Origin: Candidatus Bathyarchaeota archaeon
GTDB lineage: Archaea; Thermoproteota; Bathyarchaeia; 40CM-2-53-6
DNA: 64,000 bases
Direction: 5' to 3'
NCBI GenBank assembly: GCA_963780265.1
Contig: CAWABQ010000033.1
Span: forward strand, 3,701 to 67,700
The notes below the pieces were generated by a model. That model made no database searches and was not told where the DNA came from. It saw nothing but the letters and a program-made list of their open reading frames with translations. Position 1 is the first letter of the stretch. Every line of letters starts with the position of its first letter. A program made the translations under genes and the position numbers. Below are positions 1 to 12,087 of this stretch, in pieces.

Positions 1-668
1 TTGCAGTACATGTCTAGAATAGCTGAAGCGAAAGCGGTTGCGGATAAACTAGCAACTTTGGGGCAGAAGGCTATCCTTGCCCATGTGGATTTCATTGATG
101 TGAAGGGAGCACCTCAGCAGGTTCAAGAAATGGTTGATCGAACCGTCAAGGATTTTGGAAAAGTCGATGTGCTGCTAAATTTGGCAGGTTATCCAGCAAG
201 AGGAGAATGGAATAAACGATTCATGGAGCTAACGCCTGAAGACTTCTTCAAGCCAATTAATGTGGATCTCTTCGGCTCTTTTCTATGTGCGCGGGCGGTT
301 GCGACACATTTTCTGAAACAAAAAAGTGGTGTCATAGTTAACGTGAGTTCGACTCCGGCCTTGGGCGGGCACGACAAGGGTTTTGCTTTTACCGTTGCCA
401 AGGCTGGGATTATCGGTCTTACGAAAGCGTTAGCGTTCGAACTTGCGCCCTACGTTCGAGTAAACACCATTGTCTTGGGGAATGTCGAAACACAATGGGT
501 GAGCGAACTAAGTAAGGAAGACTTGGCGAAGGAACGGAGTGAGAACCTGATCAAACGTTTCGGAACGCCTGAAGAGATAGCGAAGACGCTCGGTTCTTTT
601 GCTCAGAAGATTCCTCGTTCCTAAACGGGCAGACCGTAGTCCTAGACGGCGGGAGTATACTCCATTAA
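1..668 (+). CDS. SDR-family oxidoreductase (FabG-like), 5' end outside window, frameshift near 595
   Basis: FGKVDVLLNLAG, IVNVSS, FTVAK (YxxxK position), VRVNTI motifs; C-terminus FLNGQTVVLDGG lies in another frame and ends at TAA 666-668. Confidence 0.85.
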
Positions 669-703
669 GGCGAGGAAGTCATTCGCGGAGTAAACGGGGA
701 AAA

Positions 704-2129
704 CTAGTTTTCCTTCACAGCGGCAGCGTATACTTCAAGTCCCCTTTCGAGTAGTTGTTCGCTGATGATCAGTGGGGCCATGAAACGAAGTACGTTTCCG
801 AAGTGTCCGCATGTGTGCATTAGAAGTCCTCTCTCAAACATCCTTTTTCGCAGACTGCTGGCTATGTCCTTCGAAGGTATCTTTGTTTCCTTTGAATCCA
901 CGATCTCATTGCCAATCATGAAGCCTGTTCCTCTCACTTCCCCGATCTTGCTGCTCGTGTTTGCAATCTGCTCGAATCGTGAGATGGTTTTCTTTCCCAG
1001 TTGTTGAACTCTGCTGAGTAGATTCATTTGTTTGATGAAATCGATGCTCGCAGAGCCGGCGGCTAGTGCAATCGGGTTAGCCCTGTATGTTCCGAGGTGA
1101 AAGGCTTCAGGAAGCTTAGTGTCGTATTCGTCCTGATATGCTATTAGCGAGAGTGGGATGCCCGCTCCAACTGACTTGGATACGCACATGATGTCCGGTG
1201 ATGTGTTCGTCAACTCACATCCCCAAAAGCGTCCGGTTCTTCCGAATCCTGTTTGGACTTCGTCAATTATTAGGGGAATTTGGAATTTATCGGCAATCTC
1301 TCTCAGACCGGGGAGGAAGTCGTCTGGTGGAACAATGTACCCTCCTTCGCCTTGAATCGGTTCAACCAAGATTCCGCCTGCATCGTCGAGGCCCGAATGA
1401 GAATCGGACAATAGATGTTCAAGGTATCTCAGAACAACCTTAGCCTCATCGCCTTTCCGTTCGACGGGGAGGGGGAACCTGTATGCGTAAGGAAATGGAA
1501 GGTGAAACACATCATACCTCACTCGCGCCTGAAGTCGAGAGGTATTGTCGGCTCGCAGTTGCACTAACTATACCTTGATGTACGCCGTGGTATGCTCCCT
1601 CGAAGGCGATTATCGTTCTCTTCCTACTCACATACTTAGCGAGACTGACCGCTGCTTCACAAGCGTCTCCACCTGTTACTGTGAACAATATTTTCGCGTG
1701 ACCGCGTAGCTTGCCGGGTAGGATGGAGTGCATCCTTTCCAGGAACCCTATTCTGGTTTCAGTGGGTATCTCAAGCGTATGCCAGATGCGATCCATCTGT
1801 GACTTGACTGCTGCGCTGATGATGGGGTTGTTATGTCCGAGGTTGAGAACGCTGATACCACTGACCCAATCGATATACACATTCCCGTCGACATCCTTTA
1901 TCGTGGCACCTTTGGCTGAGTCGATCGCGAAGGGGAATGCTTTGGGGTAAATCACAGCTCTAGTCTCAAGTGCGGATTGTTTTGCAAGGAGTTCCTTCGA
2001 CTTCGGCCCCGGGGGTTTGACCAGCATTCGAGGGGCTTCTTCGAAGCTTAAGCCTTGAAGAGAAGCCAGTTGAGTACACCTGGGCAAACGCTCGTCTTCC
2101 AGCGTAATTAGCATTATCGGCGGGATCAA
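704..2129 (-). CDS. Class III PLP aminotransferase (GabT/EctB-like), one frameshift near 1520-1560; start uncertain
   Basis: Two ORFs (1512-2129, 704-1564) join into one protein: DVDGNVYIDW, FEGAYHG, VEPIQGEGG, IIDEVQTGFGRTG, SKSVGAG. Confidence 0.9.
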
Positions 2130-2181
2130 AGGACAGATTACGAGCTTGGTTTGGTGAGCGCAAGTGGGTGCGCTCGAACAA

Positions 2182-2382
2182 CTATAGGTCTATTTCGCTT
2201 TTGGTCATTTTGATTTCTCTCTTTCCAAGCTCATTCAAATATTGTGAAGTGGGTATGCAACTCTCAGAGGCCACGGCCCCGGTTTTTTTATATCTCTCGT
2301 TAAGATGAGATGTGCCGTTATCGAAGCTCCAATCCCCGTGAACGTCTGTTACGAAGAAGAGCCTTGTTCTCTTGCTCATCAA
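2182..2382 (-). pseudogene. Remnant of a metallophosphoesterase (Icc-like N-terminus only)
   Basis: Starts MSKRTRLFFVTDVHG (DxHG motif I) but is only 66 aa and lacks the later motifs. Confidence 0.45.
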
Positions 2383-2622
2383 CTGGTCCGTTGACTAGTC
2401 TCGGGGTATTTGCTTAAACGCCTTTTCGAAGGGGAGCCCTCTTTGCCTCGTTTCCATTTGGTAACATAGAACCATGTGACGCAGGATCGTGCATAGCATC
2501 AAGGAATTCTGCGAAAAAATATACCGTTGAAGAAGATTGAACTACAGAACTGAGCGGGACTTTTATCTTACCTTTCTACGGAATACTTAAAGGCGCACCC
2601 GTTTCCCGTAGCGTGGTCTAAC

Positions 2623-3609
2623 ATGCCAACCTCTTCTGTTGAACCGAACATATTCCCTGGCAATTGGACCGTCAAGACGCAGCAATTGCTTCGCACCTAT
2701 GAGCAATCTTTCGTACAAGACTGGAACCCTGTCACATTAGCCTGGGATTCATTGGACCCGTCTGGACTGGACTTGAAAGAGCGCGTTGCGCAGGCATATT
2801 GGATGGCTAAATTGGCGCTTTTCGAAAAATCCGGAATCGGGGCATTTGGAACGGCTATGCTAAAGGCGGCTATGTCTGACATGGAGGATCCTACGAAGAA
2901 GTTCCTGGCGGCTGTGACGTTTGATGAGTGCAGGCATGATGAAGTATGCCGGCGAGCTTGCAATAAGCTCTGTCCGAACTTCCCATACAAGTACAATCCC
3001 ACCACAGATTTCGAGAAGAGGGCTCTGAAGAACATTCTAGCGTTGTACGATAATGGGCGACGGTATTGGGAGGGGTTCATGAAAGCATGGGACAAATACC
3101 CCTTAGAGTTAATCTTCTCAAGTTTCTTCTTCGCCGAAATAGGCGCGCAACTGATCTTCAAGACCGTAAGCGAGCTCTCGAATATCAAACTCTACAAGGA
3201 CGCTTTCCAGAACGTTACCGTTGATGAGTCGCGCCATCTCGCAGGAACATTGTCTCTCCTAGACAATCTCGCAAAGGATTTCAAACAGGACGACAAGCTT
3301 ATGATTACCAGACAGATGAAACACGGTTTCATCTTCCTATCGCCCCTACTATACAAGCCCATTTCCATCTTCTGGCATCTCCCCAAAGATTTCGATGAAA
3401 TTGATCGGGAGATGGAAGAGGTTGCGAGAAACTCGGGTTTAGGCGTGCCGACCCTAGATGAGAAATCGAAAGGTTGGTTGAAGGCTATTGAAAGGCGCAG
3501 GGAACAAGTGGAGAAGTTGGGAATCCCAATTCCAGCCATCCGTGAGATAGATCTGGAAGGAGCGGAAGTTGACGTTCGCAAGGACGAGCCTATTGCTACC
3601 CCGTTCTAG
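2623..3609 (+). CDS. Ferritin-like di-iron carboxylate protein (R2/AurF/PaaA-like fold)
   Basis: Paired E...DExxH motifs: LFEKSG...FDECRH and FAEIG...VDESRH. Confidence 0.75.
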   Translation: MPTSSVEPNIFPGNWTVKTQQLLRTYEQSFVQDWNPVTLAWDSLDPSGLDLKERVAQAYWMAKLALFEKSGIGAFGTAMLKAAMSDMEDPTKKFLAAVTFDECRHDEVCRRACNKLCPNFPYKYNPTTDFEKRALKNILALYDNGRRYWEGFMKAWDKYPLELIFSSFFFAEIGAQLIFKTVSELSNIKLYKDAFQNVTVDESRHLAGTLSLLDNLAKDFKQDDKLMITRQMKHGFIFLSPLLYKPISIFWHLPKDFDEIDREMEEVARNSGLGVPTLDEKSKGWLKAIERRREQVEKLGIPIPAIREIDLEGAEVDVRKDEPIATPF

Positions 3610-3617
3610 TATTGCAC

Positions 3618-4397
3618 TTATTTTCCCTTGAACACTGGTTTTCTTTTCTCAAAGAACGCCCTAACCGCTTCGATATGGTCGGCCGTCGCTCCAGCTATCT
3701 CCTGCAGATAACTCTCGTACTCCAACACTGTTTCCAGGTCACTCGATATTGACTTGTTGAGGGCCCGCTTAGTAAGCCCAATCGCCTTCAAAGGCCCCCG
3801 TGTCAATTTCATCCCAACCTCCCGCGCTGTCGCCATCAGTTGCTCTCCTGGAACCACCTTGGAGACTAGTCCGAAGTGTTCCGCATCCTTGCTGGCAAGC
3901 TCGTCTCCGGTGAGAGATAATTCCAAAGCCTTGGCAAACCCCGCAAGTCTTGGGAGGAAGAAGCTGGTTCCTGAATCCGGTGCAAGTCCAACCCTGATGA
4001 AGGCTTGAAGGAATTTGGCGTTGTCGGATGCGACGCGAATGTCGCATGAATATGCTATTCCGGCTCCTGCCCCTGCCGCCACACCGTTCACTGCTGCAAT
4101 TACCGGTTTCTGCATGCGACGAATTTGGCGGACGATTGGATTGTACTTATGCAGGAGTCTCTCTCCGAGCTTGGGGTTCTCTCCCCTTTCGTATTGCCCA
4201 CGGAGATCTTGAATATCTTCTCCTGCGCAGAAGGCTCGCCCGTTTCCCGTTATGATAAGGCAATGAACATCATCATCCCGCTCAGCGTTGCGCAGGGCAT
4301 CGAGTAGCTCTTTACCCATCGTTTCGTTTACCGCGTTGAGCACGTCAGGTCGATTCAAAGTTATAGTAGCGATTCCATCCGATTTCTCATAGCGCAA
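3618..4397 (-). CDS. Enoyl-CoA hydratase/isomerase, PaaG-like
   Basis: ITLNRPDVLNA, GRAFCAGED, AAVNGVAAGAG, GLAPDSG (Asp-type isomerase site). Confidence 0.9.
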   Translation of the reverse strand: MRYEKSDGIATITLNRPDVLNAVNETMGKELLDALRNAERDDDVHCLIITGNGRAFCAGEDIQDLRGQYERGENPKLGERLLHKYNPIVRQIRRMQKPVIAAVNGVAAGAGAGIAYSCDIRVASDNAKFLQAFIRVGLAPDSGTSFFLPRLAGFAKALELSLTGDELASKDAEHFGLVSKVVPGEQLMATAREVGMKLTRGPLKAIGLTKRALNKSISSDLETVLEYESYLQEIAGATADHIEAVRAFFEKRKPVFKGK

Positions 4398-4442
4398 TGT
4401 TTGATAGATTTGAGTCGTCGTTTTCGATTCCTCTGCCCAAAA

Positions 4443-4712
4443 TCAATGAGAACGTTTTGAGCGTCTAATGCGTCCAGGTCGTCGAAGAACAACGAAAATC
4501 GGGCCGAATAGCAATGCTAGGAAGAGAACAAGAATGGCTGTTCCGCCTACTTTCACTCTAGGATCAGCAGACGTGAGGCCGTAATTGCATTGGAGAATTC
4601 CAAACAGCTTCAGGCCCGCTGCACCTTGCAGGCAATTAAAACCGACGACCAAAACTACTAAGGCAACAACTGTTGAGAAAAATAACGCTTCCAAGATATG
4701 AGCTGATTTCAT
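4443..4712 (-). CDS. Small membrane protein (2 TM)
   Basis: Two hydrophobic stretches and a basic tail; sits exactly between the two crotonase genes. Confidence 0.55.
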   Translation of the reverse strand: MKSAHILEALFFSTVVALVVLVVGFNCLQGAAGLKLFGILQCNYGLTSADPRVKVGGTAILVLFLALLFGPIFVVLRRPGRIRRSKRSH

Positions 4713-5537
4713 TCATCTTCCCTTGAACGCAGGTTTTCTTTTCTCCAAAAAAGCTCTCATGCCTTCTTTCCCGTCCTCGGTAGCGAATAACATGTAGAAC
4801 GCTTTGCGTTCGAATTCCAATCCTACTTCCAGCGTCGTGTCCTGCGCTCTCGAAATTGCCTCTTTTGCTGCTCTAACTGATATCGTCGGCTTGGAGGCTA
4901 TCTCATTAGCGATTTTCTTGGCTTCATCCATCAAACTCTCCGTTGGGACGACGCGATTAACGAGGCCTGCCCTGTATGCTTCGTCAGCTGAAATCGGTTT
5001 GCCGGTTAGTATCATCTCCATAGCCTTATACTTCCCAACCGCACGCGTCAATCTTTGCGTTCCGCCAGCACCCGGCATGATTCCTACGTTGACTTCTGGT
5101 TGACCGAAAGTTGCAGTTTCCGATGCGATGATAATGTCGCAGTTCATGGCCAGCTCGTTTCCCCCGCCCAAGCAGTAACCGCTCACTGCAGCTATGATCG
5201 GTTTCGAGATTTTCCTGATGCGATCCCAGAGTTCAAAGCGCCGGCTAAGCACTAGGTCAACCGGTGTAGCCTCGGACATTTCACGTAGGTCTGCTCCAGC
5301 CGCAAAGACACTTTCGCCACCGGTCAAAATTATGGTATGTACATTTTGCTCCTCGTCCAGTTCTTCGAGGGCATTGACTAGCTCGACCATGAGCTCGGAG
5401 TTAAGCGCGTTCAGAACCTTGGGACGGTTGAGCTGAACTATGCCAACATTACCCTCCTTGCTAACCAAAATATTCTGATAGGCCAAACTCTTTCCCGAAC
5501 CATGAACCACGTAACGCTCACAGAACTTAAGCTTCAC
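4713..5537 (-). CDS. Enoyl-CoA hydratase, PaaF/crotonase-like (true start probably about 5485)
   Basis: LNRPKVLNAL, FAAGADL, GGGNELAMNCD, FGQPEVNVGIMPGAGGTQRL. Confidence 0.92.
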   Translation of the reverse strand: MKLKFCERYVVHGSGKSLAYQNILVSKEGNVGIVQLNRPKVLNALNSELMVELVNALEELDEEQNVHTIILTGGESVFAAGADLREMSEATPVDLVLSRRFELWDRIRKISKPIIAAVSGYCLGGGNELAMNCDIIIASETATFGQPEVNVGIMPGAGGTQRLTRAVGKYKAMEMILTGKPISADEAYRAGLVNRVVPTESLMDEAKKIANEIASKPTISVRAAKEAISRAQDTTLEVGLEFERKAFYMLFATEDGKEGMRAFLEKRKPAFKGR

Positions 5538-5615
5538 CGATGGCCGCCTGAGTAATGCAAGAATGAAAAATTACGGACTTAGAGCGCAGGGGGTTCGCGC
5601 CTTTATCTGTGAAAT

Positions 5616-5635
5616 TATATAACGAACGTTAAATA
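5616..5635 (+). promoter_or_regulatory. Imperfect palindrome overlapping the TATA box of the heme operon (candidate TetR operator)
   Basis: TATATAACG-AA-CGTTAAATA dyad, 1 mismatch; TTATATAA about 45 nt upstream of the annotated radical SAM start. Confidence 0.5.
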
Positions 5636-5663
5636 GAAGATTAATCTCAGCAAGTTGGCATAA

Positions 5664-6854
5664 TTGGACTTGGATTCGGAGCTGCCGAGAATGACAAAAC
5701 CTCCTTGGACTGTGCGCAGTGACCTGTCCGAGGCTCCAATCTTTGTTTGCTGGGAAACAACAAAAGCCTGCCTATTGGCCTGCAAACACTGTAGAGCCAA
5801 AGCCATCAGCAAACCCATGGCTGGGCAGCTCAATCGTGAGCAAGCCATGAAACTGATCAATCAGCTTACAGAATTCGGAGAACCATATCCCGCGCTTCTC
5901 TTGACCGGGGGAGATCCACTGATGCGGGACGACTTCTTTGAATTAATCGAACGAGCAAAGAGCCTTGGAATTTACGTTGCAGTGGCCGCGAGCGTGACGC
6001 CGAAGCTAAATGCATCAACAATTTCGCGTATGAAAGAACTCGGCGTTGACATAATGTCCGTTAGCCTTGACGGCGCGTCGCCAGAAACCCATGACCGCCT
6101 CCGCGGTTTTCGAGGTACATGGAGCGAAACGATTCAATCGCTTCATGTGGCAAAACGGTTAGGATTGAGGGCGCAAATAAACACGACAGTTATGAGAAGT
6201 AATCTCGATGAGTTAGCCGACATCTTTCACATTGTCAGGGAAACGGGGGCAGTCGCTTGGGAAGTCTTCTTCCTCATTCGAACGGGTCGGGGAGCGGCCC
6301 TAGAGTGCCTCGAACCTGAAGAATGCGAAGGAATCATGCACTTTCTTTTTGATGCCGCACAATACGGTGTCCCTGTGAGAACTGCTGAAGGTCCGAATTT
6401 CAGAAGGGTACGCATAGAGCGGCAGAACGGTCAGGGGTCCCCCGATGGTGAGCCCTACCTGCGCCTCCGTGCGAGGTTGCGAGTTTTAGAAGGGCAGCCT
6501 ACAAGCCCACCTGCACTGAAGTCGACACACACCCGGGACGGGAAGGGTATCATGTTCGTCGCACACGACGGAGAAGTATACCCAAGCGGTTTTCTGCCAG
6601 TCAGCTCGGGTAAAGTGCCCGAAGACAGTCTCGGAAGAATATACCGGTCGAGCCCGCTATTCCTCGCATTGAGGGATTCTTCGAAGCTGAAGGGCCGTTG
6701 TGGCAAATGCGAATACAGGGAAATTTGTGGAGGCTCTAGATCTAGAGCTTTCGCCGAATACGGAGACCCGTTCCAGGAAGACCCTGCTTGTCCATACGTC
6801 CCAGATGGAAATCTAGCTGAGTCATTTCCTTTAGGAACAATCGGCCTGAGCTGA
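5664..6854 (+). CDS. Radical SAM/SPASM protein (AhbD/NirJ-related, TIGR04053-like)
   Basis: CxxxCxxC (CLLACKHC), LTGGDPL, SVSLDG, C-terminal CGKCEYREICGGSRSRA...DPAC. Confidence 0.85.
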   Translation: MDLDSELPRMTKPPWTVRSDLSEAPIFVCWETTKACLLACKHCRAKAISKPMAGQLNREQAMKLINQLTEFGEPYPALLLTGGDPLMRDDFFELIERAKSLGIYVAVAASVTPKLNASTISRMKELGVDIMSVSLDGASPETHDRLRGFRGTWSETIQSLHVAKRLGLRAQINTTVMRSNLDELADIFHIVRETGAVAWEVFFLIRTGRGAALECLEPEECEGIMHFLFDAAQYGVPVRTAEGPNFRRVRIERQNGQGSPDGEPYLRLRARLRVLEGQPTSPPALKSTHTRDGKGIMFVAHDGEVYPSGFLPVSSGKVPEDSLGRIYRSSPLFLALRDSSKLKGRCGKCEYREICGGSRSRAFAEYGDPFQEDPACPYVPDGNLAESFPLGTIGLS

Positions 6855-6863
6855 ATCAATGAA

Positions 6864-7466
6864 ATGTCGAAGGCTAACCAAAAACACAGAATATTGGGAG
6901 TTGCCAAAGAGCTCTTCACTAGGCGCGGCTTCTCCAACGTCGCTATCCGCGACATATGTAGAGCCGCCAGCGTCACAGCTCCCACTGTCTACTACTACTT
7001 CAGAAACAAAGAGGCCCTATTCGACGCAGTCGTACGCGAAAGCGTAAGCATGACAGGGTTCATCGCGCTATGAAATGATGAATGCAAAAAGGCGAAGGAA
7101 CCGACATCACAAGTCCGAGCATTCGTTCACTCTTATCTCACTAATTTTCCTAAGGAACGATTGAACATCGGCCTCTACGTCAGACACTCAACAGAACTCG
7201 ATTCGGTCGGGCGAAACACCCTAACAGCTGAGCTTAGTCGAATTCAATCCCTTCTAACGCGCATCATTCGAAAGGGAATTATTGCAGGAGAATTTCGTCA
7301 AACGGATCCGAAAATGGCCGCTGAGTGTCTACTTGGTATGATGCATCGCCTCGTCTTCCAACAAATCCACTTCAGAAGAAACTACAAACCGTCTGAGGCT
7401 GCAGCTTATCTGTCCGATTTCTTCCTTCGAGCAATGAGACCAATTTCCGAACGCACCAGAATGTGA
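6864..7466 (+). CDS. TetR/AcrR-family regulator (frameshift near 7070)
   Basis: ELFTRRGFSNVAIRDICRAASVTAPTVYYYFRNKEALF HTH; C-terminal GIIAGEFR in the following ORF 7161-7466. Confidence 0.85.
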
Positions 7467-7506
7467 GCAACGCCATAGCTAAGATTCTTGGCCAGGGCAA
7501 CAAACA

Positions 7507-8424
7507 ATGAAACAGCACGTGCTCATTGGGACGAGGGGCAGCTCGCTTGCATTGGCTCAAACTAACGAAATAGTTGATTCGCTGAAGAAAGTTGCACCCA
7601 ATATTCGATGGGAAGTCGTGCCGATTAAGACCCAAGGCGACAGGATGCACGATACCGGGACGGATGCGGTGCAAGGGAAGAGCCAGTTCACAAAGGAAAT
7701 TGAAGATTCACTGATTCAAGGGCAGGTCGATTTGGCTATTCATAGTATGAAGGACCTCACAACCGACCTGCCGTCAGGCATTGTAATCGCCGCTGTCCCC
7801 GAGCGAGTTAATCCACGTGATGTCTTAATCTCCCGAAACAAGAAAAAATTTCAACAGCTTAGCGGCGGGGCACGGGTTGGAACTAGTAGCCCGAGGCGGA
7901 AGGCGCAGCTCCTGGCCGCGCGGGGCGACCTGGATATCGTGGAGATGCACGGCAACATTGGCACTCGCTTGCGGAAACTCAAGGAGGGAACATACGACTC
8001 GATCGTACTTGCCGCTGCTGGACTGATACGGCTTGGACTTGATGGGAGTGTAACTGAATTTCTTTCGCCAAAGGTAATGCTGCCCGCAGTTGGGCAGGGG
8101 GCTCTCGCAGTTCAGAGTCGGGAGGATGATACTGAAATTAGAAATCTGTTGTCAAAGCTAGATCACGAGCCATCGCACAGAGCAATTGAGGCTGAGCGCG
8201 GATTCGCACGGAGGCTAGGAGCTAATTGTCGAACCCCGACCGCAGCATATGCCAGGCTTGAGAATGGGAAGTTAACCATCGACGGACTGGTCGCAGCGAC
8301 CAGTGGGAGACTGGTTCTGCGGGGTCGAATTGTTTCAGATAACCCCAGCGCGGAGAAAGCAGGGGTGGAATTGGCGGAGTCATTGCTACAGAAGGGTGCA
8401 GAGATTGTATTGGAGGCTACGTGA
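7507..8424 (+). CDS. hemC: Hydroxymethylbilane synthase (porphobilinogen deaminase)
   Basis: IGTRGSSLALAQ, AIHSMKD, VGTSSPRR, GNIGTRL, LPAVGQGAL. Confidence 0.97.
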   Translation: MKQHVLIGTRGSSLALAQTNEIVDSLKKVAPNIRWEVVPIKTQGDRMHDTGTDAVQGKSQFTKEIEDSLIQGQVDLAIHSMKDLTTDLPSGIVIAAVPERVNPRDVLISRNKKKFQQLSGGARVGTSSPRRKAQLLAARGDLDIVEMHGNIGTRLRKLKEGTYDSIVLAAAGLIRLGLDGSVTEFLSPKVMLPAVGQGALAVQSREDDTEIRNLLSKLDHEPSHRAIEAERGFARRLGANCRTPTAAYARLENGKLTIDGLVAATSGRLVLRGRIVSDNPSAEKAGVELAESLLQKGAEIVLEAT

Positions 8425-9192
8425 TGCAGGTAGCTTCCCTAAAGCCACTGTCTGGGGTGAGGATACTGGTGACTCGACCCATTGAACAAGGTCAAACCCT
8501 TTCGAAGAAACTGCATGAACTCGGAGCGACAACTATAGAACTGCCAACCATCGAGATAGTCCCCGCCGAGAATAATGACCCTTTGGATGAGGCCCTAGGG
8601 AGGCTCGGCGAGTACGATTGGGTCGTATTCACAAGCGTTCATGGCGTCCGGTTTTTCATGAAACGCATGGCCGACCTCAAGATTGCACCTTCGGCTTTGA
8701 AGCAGGTCATGTTAGCCGCCATCGGGCCCGCCACAGCATCGGCTTTGGAGCGTTCGGTCAAGAAGCCTGAATTTGTTCCTGACGATTACCTTTCCGGGAA
8801 AATTGCTGACGGCCTAGGAGATGTGAAAGGGAGACGAATTCTTCTCCCTCGTGCAGATATCGCGTCGAAGAAACTCCCTGACCTATTGCGCAAGCGCGAG
8901 GCTTTGGTTGAGGAGGTTGTGGCATATCGAACTATCATCCCGCGAGACTTGACGCCGGAACGTTTGAATTCTATATTTGCGGGAGGAATAGACCTGGTAA
9001 CCTTCACAAGTCCCTCTACGGTTCGCAACCTAGCTCAGGTTTTGGGAGTCGATAAACTCGAGGAGTTTTTGAGAATGGTCAAGGTTGCTTGTATTGGACC
9101 GGTAACCGTTGAGGCGACTAAGGAACTAGGCATAGACGCTAACATTGTTGCGGAAATTCACACAATCGATGCTTTAGTCGAGGCGATAGTAG

Positions 9193-9212
<20 letters not shown>
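8421..9212 (+). CDS. hemD: Uroporphyrinogen-III synthase
   Basis: ILVTRP, WVVFTS, AIGPAT, VVAYRT, FTSPSTV, CIGPVT. Confidence 0.95.
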
Positions 9213-10927
<1,715 letters not shown>

Positions 10928-11037
10928 CTTGCAAGACCTTTCTTCGTGATTACGTTTGAAGCTAGAAGACTCTAGAGCCCTCTACGAAGAAGCTGCACAA
11001 CTCGCGTTCCGCCGGACCCAAAATAAGGTTAGGATGG

Positions 11038-12078
11038 TTGCAGCCCAAGTTGAATGATCGCCTCGTCAAAGCGTGCAGGCGACAATCCGTCGACGCTACA
11101 CCTGTTTGGTTCATGCGTCAAGCTGGCAGGTTCCTGCCCGAATACAGGAAGATCAGGGAGAAGCATGATGTGATTTCGATATGCAAGAATCCTGACTTGT
11201 GCGCGAAAGTTACCGCATTGCCCGTTGAGACGCTGGGCGTGGATGCGCGATAATGTTTGCTGACATCATGCTGCCGCTAGAAGGTATGGGCGTGTTATTC
11301 GAAATCAGAGAGGGGCTCGGCCCTTTGATCCAACATCCAATTCAGAGTTTAGACTCCGCCAATTCCTTAACCGATCTCGACCCGAGAAACGACGTGCCCT
11401 TCGTTCTTGAAGCAATAGCGCAGGCTAAGAAGATGCTTAACGTTCCCTTGATCGGCTTCTCCGGAGCCCCATTCACGTTAGCAAGTTACCTTATCGAGGG
11501 AAGGCCGACGAGGGACTTCGTGAACACTAAGACGCTGATGTACCGCGACCCGAAAACTTGGCAAGCGTTGATGAATAGGTTAGCGACGGCCATGGCAAGC
11601 TATTTGCGGGCGCAGGTCAAGGCGGGAGTTGATGTGGTTCAACTTTTCGACAGTTGGGTTGGGTGCCTAAGCCCGCAAGATTACCATCAGTACGTGCTTC
11701 CCTATTCGCGCCGAATCTTCAAAGAATTGGAGGGAACTGGCGTGCCGACGTATTCACTTCGGAACCGGAACATCAAACCTACTTGAGGAAATGAAGCAGG
11801 CGGGGGGAGATGTCTTCGGGGTTGACTGGAGGATTCCCATTGACCTTGCTTGGGCGCGGCTGGGAAATGATGTTGGTATCCAAGGTAACCTAGACCCGGC
11901 CGTCCTGCTCGGAAGCCCCGAGCTAATCAAATCTCAAGCCGCGGAAATCTTAACGAAAACTAAGGGACGGGTCGGCCACATTTTCAACTTGGGACATGGA
12001 ATGTTGCCGGAAACATCACCGCAGAACGTTATTGAACTCGTAAAGTTTGTTCACGACTCAACTCAGAATTCCGGTTAG
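11038..12078 (+). CDS. hemE: Uroporphyrinogen decarboxylase (two frameshifts, near 11250 and 11750)
   Basis: PVWFMRQAGR, FADI, LIGFSGAPFTLASY, QLFDSW, QGNLDP, IFNLGHG across three ORFs. Confidence 0.93.
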
Positions 12079-12087
12079 GCGCGAAAC

